Source: Chamaesiphon sp.
GTDB lineage: Bacteria > Cyanobacteriota > Cyanobacteriia > Cyanobacteriales > Chamaesiphonaceae
Assembly: GCA_965246715.1 (NCBI GenBank)
Contig: CBDFFH010000017.1
Location: forward strand, 1-64,000
Length of the DNA stretch: 64,000 nt
Direction: 5' to 3'
The notes below the pieces were generated by a model, which did not search any database, was not told the origin of the DNA, and saw only the letters and a list, made by a program, of their open reading frames with translations. This document shows, piece by piece, positions 40,500 to 50,910 of the stretch (position 1 is its first letter; the number at the start of each line of letters is the position of its first letter). The translations under genes and the position numbers were made by a program.

Positions 40500-42977
40500 A
40501 TGGAGTCTTATTGGGAGTTGGGGATGCTAGATGCCATCGTACATAAGTTAGAACAAAACAATCACATTGCCAGGATTAAAAAACTGGTATTTTGTGCTTG
40601 CACGAATAATTGGAGTAATGAAGCCCAACAACTAAGTACGGTTAAATTTAAAAGCTATCTTCAACAATTGCGCGATCGGCACGATTCAATTGTCGAGTTG
40701 AAATATCTACTGTATCGGATTGTGATTCGACTCAATCACAGTACCAATTATTATACTGTTGCCAATTTCCTGTGTCAGGAAATGGAGCCACTTTATAGCA
40801 ATTCCAGTGGTATTGCTGGCGGTGAGCGGATTATTGAAGAGCCTTTACCCATAGCAGCGGTCTGGGCTAGAGAAGTCGTATTTACCATTTCTGAGGTGCA
40901 AACACCAGATCTGTTGCGGATTGAGATGACCGTCCTCGCCGCCACTGGGCGATTGCTAACAGAAGCGACTATCGATCTTCCTGGGCTGTCCGAAATGCAA
41001 TCTCAGTATCAGGAATGGCAGTCGCGTTACCGTCGGCTCGATCCACAAAACCATCGCTTGCTAAGCAATAAAGCAGTTAGCTTGGTACCAGAGCGAATTA
41101 ACGATTGTCTGGATGCAGGTGCAATGCTCCAAGCAAATTTACATCAATGGTACAGTTCGGCTGGATTCCAGACGATCCGCGATCTCTTGGCACCCACGAT
41201 CGATCCCGACCGGGAAATTGCATTAATCGTCCGCAGTCGATCGAAAGGATTGCTGAAATTGCCATGGAACTCAATCTGGCAACCGCTGCTCGATCTCTAC
41301 CCCCAAGCTGAAGTTAGCATTTCGTTCGTGCCGATGGCTACCGAAAATTCAGCGATCGACGATGATAATTTACAAATAGAGGTATTATCTGTTCTCGCCA
41401 GCGCCCAAGGGATTAAGATCGATCGCTCCAAAGAATATCTCGATGCTCTACCCTATACCCAGTCAGAATTTCTGGTCGCACCCAACCATGGTGATTTTGT
41501 CTATCGATTGACTCAGCAATCTTGGAGCGTTCTATTCATCAGTAGTTATATTTCTGGCTACTTACCCAACAATCGCATCTACATCAATCATCACGATACG
41601 ATTAGCATTGCCGAACTCAAGCATCGAATTAATATCGCTGTCGGACGGGGACTGAAATTGTTGATCCTCAATTGCGGCGATGGCTTGGAACTTGCCAACG
41701 AACTTGCCGATGTGCGGGTGCCGCAGCTAATTGTCATGCGCGAAGCCGTTCAAGATCAAGTCGCCCAGGAATTTGTCAAATTGCTCCTCAAAGCTTGTTC
41801 GGGAGGTAAGTCGCTGCAGCTATCAGTTCGCGAAGCCCGCGAACGTCTTCAAGCGATCGAAAAAGTCGTTCCGGCTGCTAGTTGGCTGCCGGTAATCTAT
41901 CAACAGTCTACCGAGCCACGATCGAGTTGGCAGCACCTCGCGCATCGCAGCTTCGAGATCGAAGATGAAGTCGATGTTTCAGTCAGTTGGATGGAAGCCG
42001 ACCCCACAAAGCTTGCTAACGCCGATCTCGCTCATGCCTCGCCCGAGCTAATCGCATTGATGAAAATTCCTTACGATCGACTTGCCAAGGTACATCAATT
42101 AACTGGATACTTTAGCGAAGCGTACAGTGTTGCTTTTAGTAATAACGGACAATGGTTGGTCAGCGGACATGGAGATCTTACCCATGTTGATGATGCGGTA
42201 AAGGTATGGCGACTCTCAGATGGTAATTTAATTCATAACTTACTCGGGCACAGTCACTGGGTTTATAGCATTGCACTCACTGCTGATGCTGAGACGATTA
42301 TTAGTGGCAGTTTGGATGGGACAGTCCAATGGTGGCAATTAATCACTGGGACAAAGCTACCACAATTATTGGATCATAAATCTGCCGTCAATGCAATTTC
42401 ATTGACTAACGATGGGCAGCGCCTAGTTGTTGGCGGCAATGACGCAATAATCGAGATCTGGCAACCCCAAAATAGTCTATTGATTCATCAATGTCAGGGT
42501 CATCTCCAAAATGTGACTTGTCTGGCAACCAATCGCCCAGCTCAGTTAGTTGCTAGCGGTAGTAGCGACTACACGGTGAGATTGTGGCATCTCCAGGAAG
42601 GACGACTACTGCGGACATTATTAGGGCATAGCGGTCGCGTCACTAGTGTCGCAATTACCCCGGATGGGCAGACGATTATCAGTGCCAGTCATGATGGCAC
42701 GCTCAAAGTTTGGGAAGTAGCTACGGGCAATGTCCTCCATACTATCGTCGGACACGATAAGCCGATCGGGTGTATGGCAATCTCTGCCGATGGGCAGACA
42801 ATTATCAGTGGTAGTGACGATCGGACGGTCAATATCTGGAATCTGCGCGATGGCAAATTGCTACACACGCTCTCTGGTTACGAGCGACCGATCTTATCTG
42901 TCGCTTTTAGTGCCGATAGTCGATCGATTGCGATCGGTAGTTATGGCGAAATCCAAGTTTGGCGGGTACAGATTTAA
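40500..42977 (+). CDS. CHAT-like domain + WD40-repeat protein
   Basis: LLKLPWN, LILNCGDG, VMREAVQDQVAQEF, SWLPV; seven GH...WD-type repeats. Confidence 0.88.
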   Translation: MESYWELGMLDAIVHKLEQNNHIARIKKLVFCACTNNWSNEAQQLSTVKFKSYLQQLRDRHDSIVELKYLLYRIVIRLNHSTNYYTVANFLCQEMEPLYSNSSGIAGGERIIEEPLPIAAVWAREVVFTISEVQTPDLLRIEMTVLAATGRLLTEATIDLPGLSEMQSQYQEWQSRYRRLDPQNHRLLSNKAVSLVPERINDCLDAGAMLQANLHQWYSSAGFQTIRDLLAPTIDPDREIALIVRSRSKGLLKLPWNSIWQPLLDLYPQAEVSISFVPMATENSAIDDDNLQIEVLSVLASAQGIKIDRSKEYLDALPYTQSEFLVAPNHGDFVYRLTQQSWSVLFISSYISGYLPNNRIYINHHDTISIAELKHRINIAVGRGLKLLILNCGDGLELANELADVRVPQLIVMREAVQDQVAQEFVKLLLKACSGGKSLQLSVREARERLQAIEKVVPAASWLPVIYQQSTEPRSSWQHLAHRSFEIEDEVDVSVSWMEADPTKLANADLAHASPELIALMKIPYDRLAKVHQLTGYFSEAYSVAFSNNGQWLVSGHGDLTHVDDAVKVWRLSDGNLIHNLLGHSHWVYSIALTADAETIISGSLDGTVQWWQLITGTKLPQLLDHKSAVNAISLTNDGQRLVVGGNDAIIEIWQPQNSLLIHQCQGHLQNVTCLATNRPAQLVASGSSDYTVRLWHLQEGRLLRTLLGHSGRVTSVAITPDGQTIISASHDGTLKVWEVATGNVLHTIVGHDKPIGCMAISADGQTIISGSDDRTVNIWNLRDGKLLHTLSGYERPILSVAFSADSRSIAIGSYGEIQVWRVQI

Positions 42978-42992
42978 ACACCTCTAGCCCTA

Positions 42993-43772
42993 TCACCTAG
43001 AAACAATCCCAGACCATTGAATCTTTTTGAGTTTCTCGCGACGGTAAGAGAAGAAATATTCGGGTTCTTGGAAGGTACAATTGGGCGAGATCGAGATATT
43101 TTGGGGATTTACACCCGATCGTTCGAGTTGGAGTTGATTAACCCGCCGGACATCTAGCCTCACTCTCCCCGCTTGTGCGTCCGGTAGTAGCGGTGAATTG
43201 GGTATTGCTTGCAAACCGATCGCATCCGCTTCTAGGTCGCCAGAGAGCGGTTTTGGTGCAATAGATTTACAGACCTCGATGCCGACTTGAGTGGTTACTT
43301 GATAAACTTCACCTGCGATCGCGGGGCCGATCGCGACGATAATATCTGCATGAGTGCCACCCTGGGCTAATAACCGTTCTAATGCACGCGGTACGATCTC
43401 TAGCGATGTCCCACGCCAGCCAGCATGTACTGCGGCAACATTACCCGTGTGACGATTGGCAAGCAAAACTGGGTTACAATCAGCACTGGCAACCCAGACG
43501 GCTTGTGCTGCTAATTCGGTAGCGACACCATCAGCTAAAGCATAACCTGTCTCGACTTCAACTTCAGTGGTGGTAGCAATTTCCGAGGGAGTCAAGACGA
43601 TATTGCCATGTACCTGTTTGAGACGGTGGGTACTAGCAGTCGCAGCCAAAGCCGGGGTAATCTCGTGAGGTTCGCGTGGTGAAAACTGACGGGTAAAAAA
43701 GCCATGTTGCCAATCGGTCAATAAATTACAGGTTAAATAGGGTAATCCCGACCAAGTTTGCCACTGCCACAT
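42993..43772 (-). CDS. pgeF: Peptidoglycan editing factor / purine nucleoside phosphorylase PgeF (YfiH)
   Basis: HGFFTR, QVHG, ADCNP, HAGWRG, IGPAI, FFSYRR. Confidence 0.93.
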   Translation of the reverse strand: MWQWQTWSGLPYLTCNLLTDWQHGFFTRQFSPREPHEITPALAATASTHRLKQVHGNIVLTPSEIATTTEVEVETGYALADGVATELAAQAVWVASADCNPVLLANRHTGNVAAVHAGWRGTSLEIVPRALERLLAQGGTHADIIVAIGPAIAGEVYQVTTQVGIEVCKSIAPKPLSGDLEADAIGLQAIPNSPLLPDAQAGRVRLDVRRVNQLQLERSGVNPQNISISPNCTFQEPEYFFSYRREKLKKIQWSGIVSR

Positions 43773-43795
43773 AAAAAAATACTCGATCGATAGTT

Positions 43796-44794
43796 ATGAC
43801 GATGTTGTTTAACAGCTTATCACCCCTTCAGGTCATCGAGATTATCGGTTTGACGGCAACTGCACTCTACCATCACGTTACTATTTATCGCGAACGCAAC
43901 CAGCCGCCGCCCGGAAAATTAGTTACTACCCCCGATGGTAAAACTCGACATTTACAAGTTTGCGGCACAGGCGATGTGACGGTTATCGTCGATGCTAGTT
44001 TGGGGGGAGTTGAGGGGTATTTATTAATTAATGAACTCGCCAAATTAACTAGAGTCTGTATTTACGATCGATCTGGATATGGTTGGAGCGAACCCTCAGC
44101 ACAACCGCGCGATAGTCAGCAGATCGTGAGTGAATTGCACGAATTATTAAACCAGGCTCAGATTCAGCCGCCATATATTTTAGTCGGCGATTCTTTTGGG
44201 AGTTATAATTTGCGCCTGTATGCCGATCGATTTCCCGATCGAGTCAGGGGTTTAGTTTTGACCGATGGGTTGCACGAACGCTCGATGTTAGACTTGCCTT
44301 GGAGCGTGGGGCTACTCAAAGCATTTTTTACGTTCAGCTTTGGCTTTGTGGCGATCGGTGCTGCTTTAGGTATCATCCGATTGTTGGGCAATATCGGTGT
44401 ATTCGAGTTAATCAAGCCAGAACTAAAAAAGTTTGCACCACTCGATCTTTTGCATGTCAAAAGATCGTTTTATCATCACAATCACTGGCTGACGATGGGT
44501 AGAGAAATGTGGAGTTTAGACAATAGTGGGAGACAATTACAGACTGCTGACAATTTAGCAGATTTACCAATAATTAGTATCAAGTCGCAAACTTTTCTGC
44601 GTCCGCTACTCGGCATCAACTTATTCTCACTGCCCACTGCCGATCGAGTCCGCGATCGCATTCACATCGACTTACTCAAATTATCCAGCAATTGTCAACA
44701 ACTAGCGGCAAATCATAGCAGTCACTTCGTGTGGATCGATGAGCCAGAGATAATTACTAGGGCTGTAGCCATGCTTTTGAGGGAGAGTAAATAG
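43796..44794 (+). CDS. Alpha/beta-fold hydrolase
   Basis: YDRSGYGWS, LVGDSFG, SSHFVWIDEP. Confidence 0.9.
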   Translation: MTMLFNSLSPLQVIEIIGLTATALYHHVTIYRERNQPPPGKLVTTPDGKTRHLQVCGTGDVTVIVDASLGGVEGYLLINELAKLTRVCIYDRSGYGWSEPSAQPRDSQQIVSELHELLNQAQIQPPYILVGDSFGSYNLRLYADRFPDRVRGLVLTDGLHERSMLDLPWSVGLLKAFFTFSFGFVAIGAALGIIRLLGNIGVFELIKPELKKFAPLDLLHVKRSFYHHNHWLTMGREMWSLDNSGRQLQTADNLADLPIISIKSQTFLRPLLGINLFSLPTADRVRDRIHIDLLKLSSNCQQLAANHSSHFVWIDEPEIITRAVAMLLRESK

Positions 44795-44967
44795 AGGCAG
44801 TAATAGCGAATAATTGCGCTTCTTCCCGTACAACTTTGGCTAACCTTTGAACCTATTCCCTAATCCCTATCCCCTAATCCCTATTCCCCAATCCCCTATT
44901 CTCTCTAGCAACTCGCCACTCGACCGCCTAAACTAATAATTAGATAGTTCCAATCGATCGATACCCA

Positions 44968-46053
44968 ATGCGTCGCCCATCACCCAACTTCCAAAATCTC
45001 TTAATTATTGGGCTAGGGTTTCCAGTCATCGGACTCAATCTCTGGGTGCTGTCCCAGATTTTTCGGTACTTCGAGCATCCGATCGTCATTTTGACAGTCG
45101 CGGCACTGATTGCGTTTTTACTCAATTACCCAGTCAAAATTCTCGAACGCTTACATTTTAAACGCACGCCCGCGATCGTTTGTGTGTTGTTGATTACAGT
45201 CGCATTATTAATTATTCTGGGTGTAACTGTAGTTCCCAGCGCGCTCGAACAAACAACCCAACTAGTCCAACAAGTACCCGAGTGGATTCGCGCGAGTAAC
45301 GAGAATATCAACGCTTGGGAAGAATGGGGCAAGCTCAAGGGTTTACCTGTCGATTTAAATGTATTACGCACGCAGATCAATACTAAAATCGACACCCAGC
45401 TTCAAGAAATCGGCGCTCAAATACTGGGACTAGCCGTGGGTACATTATCCGGGGTACTCGATACGCTGTCGATCGTCGTTTTATCAGTATATATGTTGCT
45501 GTATGGCAATCGATTGTGGATGGGGATCGTGGAGCTTTTACCCGAGCGAATCGGTACGCCGCTAAGTATGTCATTACGCCTAAATTTTCAGAATTTTTTC
45601 ATCAGTCAGCTATTGCTAGGTGCGTTTATGGCATCGACCCTCACCCCAACTTTTTTCTTCCTAAAAGTACCGTTCGGATTATCTTTTGCTATTTTGATTG
45701 GATTTTCCGAACTAATTCCATTTGTCGGCGCTAGCCTGGGGATTGGATTGGTAACTTTATTAATTATGTTAAAAAACTTGGGGTTGGGGGTGTCTGTGTT
45801 GATCGCCTCAATTATCGTGCAACAGATCAAGGACAATTTGCTAGCACCCAAATTGATGGGTGAATTTATCGGCTTAAATCCGATCGCGATCTTAATTTCT
45901 TTGCTGATCGGTGGCCAAATTGCCGGATTATTAGGCATCATCGTGGCAGTCCCGATCGTCGGTACGATCAAAGGGACGATCGATCTGATCCGCAAGGAGT
46001 CTCAACATGTCCCCCAGCCGGAATTTGCTGGAGAATCGGTAGATAGTGAGTAG
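44968..46053 (+). CDS. AI-2E (PerM) family transporter
   Basis: Multi-TM; FLLNYPV, LIPFVG, QQIKDNLLAPKLMG, GLLGIIVAVP. Confidence 0.92.
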   Translation: MRRPSPNFQNLLIIGLGFPVIGLNLWVLSQIFRYFEHPIVILTVAALIAFLLNYPVKILERLHFKRTPAIVCVLLITVALLIILGVTVVPSALEQTTQLVQQVPEWIRASNENINAWEEWGKLKGLPVDLNVLRTQINTKIDTQLQEIGAQILGLAVGTLSGVLDTLSIVVLSVYMLLYGNRLWMGIVELLPERIGTPLSMSLRLNFQNFFISQLLLGAFMASTLTPTFFFLKVPFGLSFAILIGFSELIPFVGASLGIGLVTLLIMLKNLGLGVSVLIASIIVQQIKDNLLAPKLMGEFIGLNPIAILISLLIGGQIAGLLGIIVAVPIVGTIKGTIDLIRKESQHVPQPEFAGESVDSE

Positions 46054-46160
46054 TAGGATAAAGGGTAAAGGGTGAGGTGGTGTTTGGTAAAAATGCGCTC
46101 GTTTCCTAGACCTAGCTTATAATTGTTACCGATAAGTATAAGTATTAAATTGAGAACCTG

Positions 46161-46706
46161 ATGTGGAAACAAATTATCGTGTCATCGATCGTGGCATTGG
46201 CATTAATCCTGCAAATTAATGTCGCACCCGTCCGAGCTGCGGGACTCCAAGGCTACGTGGACACTGGAGACGGCTATAAATTTCTATATCCTAATGGTTG
46301 GGTAGCTGTTAAAACCACCAAAGGTGCAGACATTATTTTCCACGACTTGATCGAATCTAGCGAAAATGTCAGCGTCGTCATCAGCCAGGTAGATAAAGAT
46401 AAAAAATTAAGCGATCTCGGTACGGCATCAGATGTCGGCTATAAACTGGGGAAAAATGCGATCGCGCCACCAGGTTCGGGAAGAGAAGCTGAATTAATCA
46501 GTGCTGAAACTAACGAAGCTAAAGGCAAAACTTATTATATTCTCGAATATGATGTCAAACTCCCGAATAGCCATCGCCACAATATCGCCAGTGTGGTTGT
46601 CAGTCGTGGCAAATTATTTACCTTTAATGCTTCTACTACCGACAAGCGTTGGCAGCGAATGAAAAAAGTCTTCGGTGAAGTTGTCAATTCGTTTAGCGTG
46701 GCGTAA
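46161..46706 (+). CDS. psbP: Photosystem II extrinsic PsbP-like protein (CyanoP)
   Basis: DGYKFLYPNGW, ENVSVVIS, YYILEY, RGKLFTFN, VVNSFSV. Confidence 0.9.
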   Translation: MWKQIIVSSIVALALILQINVAPVRAAGLQGYVDTGDGYKFLYPNGWVAVKTTKGADIIFHDLIESSENVSVVISQVDKDKKLSDLGTASDVGYKLGKNAIAPPGSGREAELISAETNEAKGKTYYILEYDVKLPNSHRHNIASVVVSRGKLFTFNASTTDKRWQRMKKVFGEVVNSFSVA

Positions 46707-46795
46707 GTTAGTCAATAGTGGCTAGTGAATAGTGGCTAGCGACTAAGTAGATTGGCGCAAATATTTGTAATCTCAGAAAAACCTGAAACATAGAT

Positions 46796-46863
46796 GGTGG
46801 GCAGCGATGCGCGCTCCTCGGGTTCCCCGAGAGTTTAGCGCATCAAGACATTGCCCACCCTAC
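46796..46863. repeat. GTAG-REP interrupted by a structured short insertion
   Basis: GGTGGGCA[GCGATGCGC..CTCGGG-TTC-CCCGAG..GCGCATCAAGAC]ATTGCCCACCCTAC. Confidence 0.6.
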
Positions 46864-47041
46864 ACGTTATTTTATATTTAACTACTCTTGACTAGTAGCT
46901 AGCATCAAAAATTTTGGATCTAGTATTAATTAATCAAGCTTAATTAATTTCGATCGATAAACAGTGGAACTCTTCCGAGATCGAGTATCCGATCGGATTT
47001 AACCGATCGGGATTAATAACCTCATCAGATATTTACTATTA

Positions 47042-47198
47042 CTCACATCTTGCACCAGTTTGAAAATACTAGTGTTAACCCTAGCTCCAGGGTACCCACA
47101 AGGGGCACCCCTACAGGTTAATTGCGTAGGGGTGCCCCTTGTGGGTACCCTAAGATCTCTGCTTTTACTAGTCTTTCTGTATTGGTGCAAGATGTGAG
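47042..47198. mobile_element. 157-bp MITE with an internal GTAG-REP doublet
   Basis: Perfect 16-bp TIR CTCACATCTTGCACCA; ATTA on both flanks (possible TSD); internal 26-bp IR at 47089-47114 / 47126-47151. Confidence 0.88.
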
Positions 47199-47231
47199 AT
47201 TAACTAGCCACTATCCCCTATTCCCCAATTC

Positions 47232-47819
47232 ATGACTCTCAACTTCGTTCTCGCTTCTGCATCGCCAGCACGACGGCGATTGCTGCAAAGTGTCGGCATC
47301 AACCCATTAGTGTGTGTCAGTCACTTTGATGAATCACAAATTCAACTGACAGATCCGATCGCCTTAGTCGAAAAATTAGCACAGTCGAAAGCAGAAGTCG
47401 TCCTCAAACAAGTTCAGGATTCGCTGATCCTGGGTTGTGATTCGGTCATGGTTATCGACAACGAAATTCATGGCAAGCCACGAGATCCCGATCAGGCATT
47501 TAGCCGCTGGCAACAGATGCGTGGCAATCGCGGTACTTTGTATACCGGACACGCACTCATCGATCAACGTCAAGGTAAAACGGTCATCCGCTGCGGCATT
47601 ACCCAAGTGTATTTTGGTCGAGTTGCCGATGCTCAGATTCGGGCTTATATCGCCACTGGCGAGCCGTTGGCTTGTGCGGGATGTTTTGCCCTAGAAGGGA
47701 AAGGAAGTTCCTTTGTGGACAAAATTGAGGGGTGTCATAGTAATGTCATCGGACTGAGCTTGCCATTACTGCGATCGATGCTGGCCGAACTAGGTTACGA
47801 TCTGAGCGACTATTGGTAA
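47232..47819 (+). CDS. maf: Maf-family nucleoside triphosphate pyrophosphatase
   Basis: [28 protein letters not shown]. Confidence 0.95.
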   Translation: MTLNFVLASASPARRRLLQSVGINPLVCVSHFDESQIQLTDPIALVEKLAQSKAEVVLKQVQDSLILGCDSVMVIDNEIHGKPRDPDQAFSRWQQMRGNRGTLYTGHALIDQRQGKTVIRCGITQVYFGRVADAQIRAYIATGEPLACAGCFALEGKGSSFVDKIEGCHSNVIGLSLPLLRSMLAELGYDLSDYW

Positions 47820-47947
47820 GTCCGATCGAGATCGTGGCGATTTAACGAAAAATCGCAACAACAGTTATAATCCATTACAACGATCGATCTTCATCGGACT
47901 ACGTTACAAGGCGATCGATTACTGGTGAGTCCTGTTACCTTAAGACT

Positions 47948-48964
47948 ATGATCTCCAGCGAAGAATTTCAACAACAGATCCAATCCGGTCGAATTCAGGA
48001 AGCGTTAGCATTGGTGTCGCGAGATCCGACGCTGTTACAGAGAGGATTCACCCACGCGTTAGATATTACTACCCACTCGACACCAGATATCACTCCCGAT
48101 TGCGCTGTAACTAATGGATATCTGCGGACAAAAATTGATTTGCTCACAGGCGAAATCCACAACGAAGTCAGCCAAAACTTAGTTCTCGATCGGGACAGCT
48201 ATCTCAATCTTCAGCAATTACACATCACCCAAATTGTCGCCAGTTATCGCATCGTGCAAGGACATCTCGAACGGGTGAAGGCAATTTTGACAGCATTGTT
48301 ACCAACGACGATCTCCCAGTCGCAGTCTGAAACTATTGCTGGGCCAGAACAGCTCGAATCGGGCGGGATGGGAGAGTTGACAGCGACATTACTGCAAACC
48401 CGGTTGACGCAATCGCTCTCAATGTTGACTGCAAATAATCACAATCGCGATGAGGTCGCCGAGCCGATCGAGCGAATCTTTGAAGGGGATACAGCGAGCG
48501 CAGAACTCACTCCAGCAGCATCGATCGAGTCGATCGCGCCAGTACGGATCGTCGATCTAGGAGAATTTGATGAGATCGATTTGTCAGTCTGTGAAGATGA
48601 TGAAATCTGGGAAGAATGGGTCGAAGATGATGACTTTCCACCAGAATCGGTCATGCCGCAACCCACACGCGTGCCAGAGCTAAAACTCCCCGACATTCAA
48701 GAACATTGGGTGCGCCGACCGCTCAGCCCGATCGATGTCAAACCGATCGTCCCGCGTGCTACACCAATAGCCATCGATCCTGCCGAACGCTGGGAAAAAT
48801 TTGTGCCTGAATATATCGAAATCGATACCACCAATACCGATCGATCGCAGCCCAATCGAACGCTCGATCCGAGTGGCATGGATCGACTCCTCGCAAATCT
48901 CGTAAACAAGACCACCGATCGAGATCGTCACGCTGCCAGCCAGCAGCCAGAACACGACAACTAG
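47948..48964 (+). CDS. Hypothetical acidic protein
   Basis: 338-aa ORF; N-terminal LDITT..LRTKIDLLTGEIHNE region, low-complexity acidic C-terminus. Confidence 0.7.
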   Translation: MISSEEFQQQIQSGRIQEALALVSRDPTLLQRGFTHALDITTHSTPDITPDCAVTNGYLRTKIDLLTGEIHNEVSQNLVLDRDSYLNLQQLHITQIVASYRIVQGHLERVKAILTALLPTTISQSQSETIAGPEQLESGGMGELTATLLQTRLTQSLSMLTANNHNRDEVAEPIERIFEGDTASAELTPAASIESIAPVRIVDLGEFDEIDLSVCEDDEIWEEWVEDDDFPPESVMPQPTRVPELKLPDIQEHWVRRPLSPIDVKPIVPRATPIAIDPAERWEKFVPEYIEIDTTNTDRSQPNRTLDPSGMDRLLANLVNKTTDRDRHAASQQPEHDN

Positions 48965-49093
48965 ACCCCAACCGAACCGATCTGGACGGATATTACCGCC
49001 AGAAAATTATGAGAGGGTGGCTTAAGACTTCGTTACAATAGGAGTAACCGATCGACACACAGTTCGATCGGCTCAGATTTAGAGGTCGCTGTT

Positions 49094-50218
49094 ATGAACG
49101 GTAATATCCGTGTTGGTTCCTTATTTGGCATTCCTTTTTATGTCAACCCTTCTTGGTTCCTAGTCTTAGGGCTAGTCACCTGGAGCTATGGCGAAGGTTT
49201 GGCGGCACAATTCCCCGAGTTGCTAGGTGGCATCCCATTATTATTAGGTTTAGTTACTGCCTTGCTGTTGTTCGGCTCGGTATTAGCCCACGAATTAGGG
49301 CATAGCTTCGTTGCCATCCGCCAAGGAATCGATGTTCGCTCGATTACCTTATTCATATTTGGGGGATTAGCTAGTCTAGAGAAAGAATCTGACACACCAG
49401 CAGCAGCCTTTTGGGTCGCGATCGCGGGGCCGGCGGTCAGTCTATTATTAGCCGGACTACTGGCGACACTTGGTTTTACCGCCCATCTGACTGGCCCCGT
49501 GGCGGAAATTGTCGCAGTACTAGCAGCCATCAATCTATCGCTGGGATTATTTAATCTGATCCCTGGCTTACCCCTCGACGGTGGGAATATCCTCAAAGCG
49601 ATCGTCTGGAAAATAACGGGCAATCCTTACAAAGGTGTTAAATTTGCCAGTATTGTCGGTCAACTGTTTGGGTGGGTCGCGATCGCCTCTGGGTTGATTC
49701 CATTGCTACTATACGGCAGTTTTGATAATATCTGGAATTTGTTAATCGGTTCGTTCCTACTCCAAAATGCTGGTAAATCTGGCCAGTTTGCTCGAGTCCA
49801 AGAGCGGCTAGATGGCTTGACAGTAGCCGATGCCATCACGCCCAACAGTCCGATTATTGCTGAAGATATCTCCCTGCGGGAGTTTGTAGATCGTCGCACG
49901 CTAGATGGTAGCAACTGGCAGAAGTTCCTCGTCACCAACGAGCGTGGTTACTTAGTGGGCGAACTCGCACTAGATGTACTCAAGACTATTCCCACCGAGC
50001 AGTGGTCGGAGACTTTAGTTAGCCAACTGATGAAGCCAGTCGAATCATCGACAATTATTGCAGTAGATCGATCGTTGTTACAAGCGATCGAGCAACTAGA
50101 ATCCAAACAGGTGAATGCTCTGAGCGTTACCGATCGCGATGGGATGTTAGTCGGACTCTTGGAAAAAGCCGCCGTAATTAACCTCATCCAACGTCAACCA
50201 CAAGTTACCCCTGCATAA
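49094..50218 (+). CDS. Site-2 protease (M50) with CBS domains
   Basis: HELGH, AGPAVS, FNLIPGLPLDGG, CBS pair. Confidence 0.95.
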   Translation: MNGNIRVGSLFGIPFYVNPSWFLVLGLVTWSYGEGLAAQFPELLGGIPLLLGLVTALLLFGSVLAHELGHSFVAIRQGIDVRSITLFIFGGLASLEKESDTPAAAFWVAIAGPAVSLLLAGLLATLGFTAHLTGPVAEIVAVLAAINLSLGLFNLIPGLPLDGGNILKAIVWKITGNPYKGVKFASIVGQLFGWVAIASGLIPLLLYGSFDNIWNLLIGSFLLQNAGKSGQFARVQERLDGLTVADAITPNSPIIAEDISLREFVDRRTLDGSNWQKFLVTNERGYLVGELALDVLKTIPTEQWSETLVSQLMKPVESSTIIAVDRSLLQAIEQLESKQVNALSVTDRDGMLVGLLEKAAVINLIQRQPQVTPA

Positions 50219-50236
50219 CGAGTTAAAAAATATCTG

Positions 50237-50273
50237 AAAAAATGGCTCGATCGAATGGATCGGGCCATTTTTT
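50237..50273. terminator. Bidirectional intrinsic terminator
   Basis: AAAAAATGGCTCGATC-gaatg-GATCGGGCCATTTTTT between convergent genes. Confidence 0.75.
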
Positions 50274-50284
50274 ATAGCAATCTT

Positions 50285-50779
50285 TTAGGCAGGAATAAAC
50301 TTCATCGAAATCCCGTTCATACAATACCGCAATCCTGTCGGTTTCGGCCCATCTTCAAATACATGCCCTAAATGTCCGCCGCATCGACTGCAATGAACTT
50401 CCGTCCGTTTGACAAATAACATCCGATCGACCGAAGTTTCGATCGCGCCGGGAATCGGATCGTTGAAACTCGGCCAACCCGTGCCACTATTAAACTTAGT
50501 ATCTGAAACAAACAAAGGTAAATCGCAACCAGCACAGGCAAAAGTACCTTTACCATATTCTTTGTCGAGAATACTAGTGCCAGCTCGTTCCGTACCGTGC
50601 TTCCGCAATACGTTAAACTGTTCGGGCGTTAGAATTTTCCGCCACTCATCTTCAGTTTTTTCGATCTCAAATTTTTCTGGTTTAGTTGCCATTAGTAGCG
50701 ATTGTTTGGGTAAAATATTTAGTCCGTTAGTAGCACCAATTGCCATTGGTACCGCTGATAAAAAAGTTCGTCTTTGCAT
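50285..50779 (-). CDS. msrB: Peptide-methionine (R)-S-oxide reductase with a Tat-like leader
   Basis: GTER, CxxC, KFNSGTGWPSF, GHLGHVF, GLRYCMNG; MQRRTFL N-terminus. Confidence 0.96.
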   Translation of the reverse strand: MQRRTFLSAVPMAIGATNGLNILPKQSLLMATKPEKFEIEKTEDEWRKILTPEQFNVLRKHGTERAGTSILDKEYGKGTFACAGCDLPLFVSDTKFNSGTGWPSFNDPIPGAIETSVDRMLFVKRTEVHCSRCGGHLGHVFEDGPKPTGLRYCMNGISMKFIPA

Positions 50780-50910
50780 CTGTAAGAATCGTCAAATTTG
50801 TAACAACAATACTTTTCAGAACAACTCAGTCGATCGATTCAGCATTACTTGTATTTTAACAATTATCTCAACAGTAATGGCACGAATTGCCGGATCTAAG
50901 CGCGATCGCG

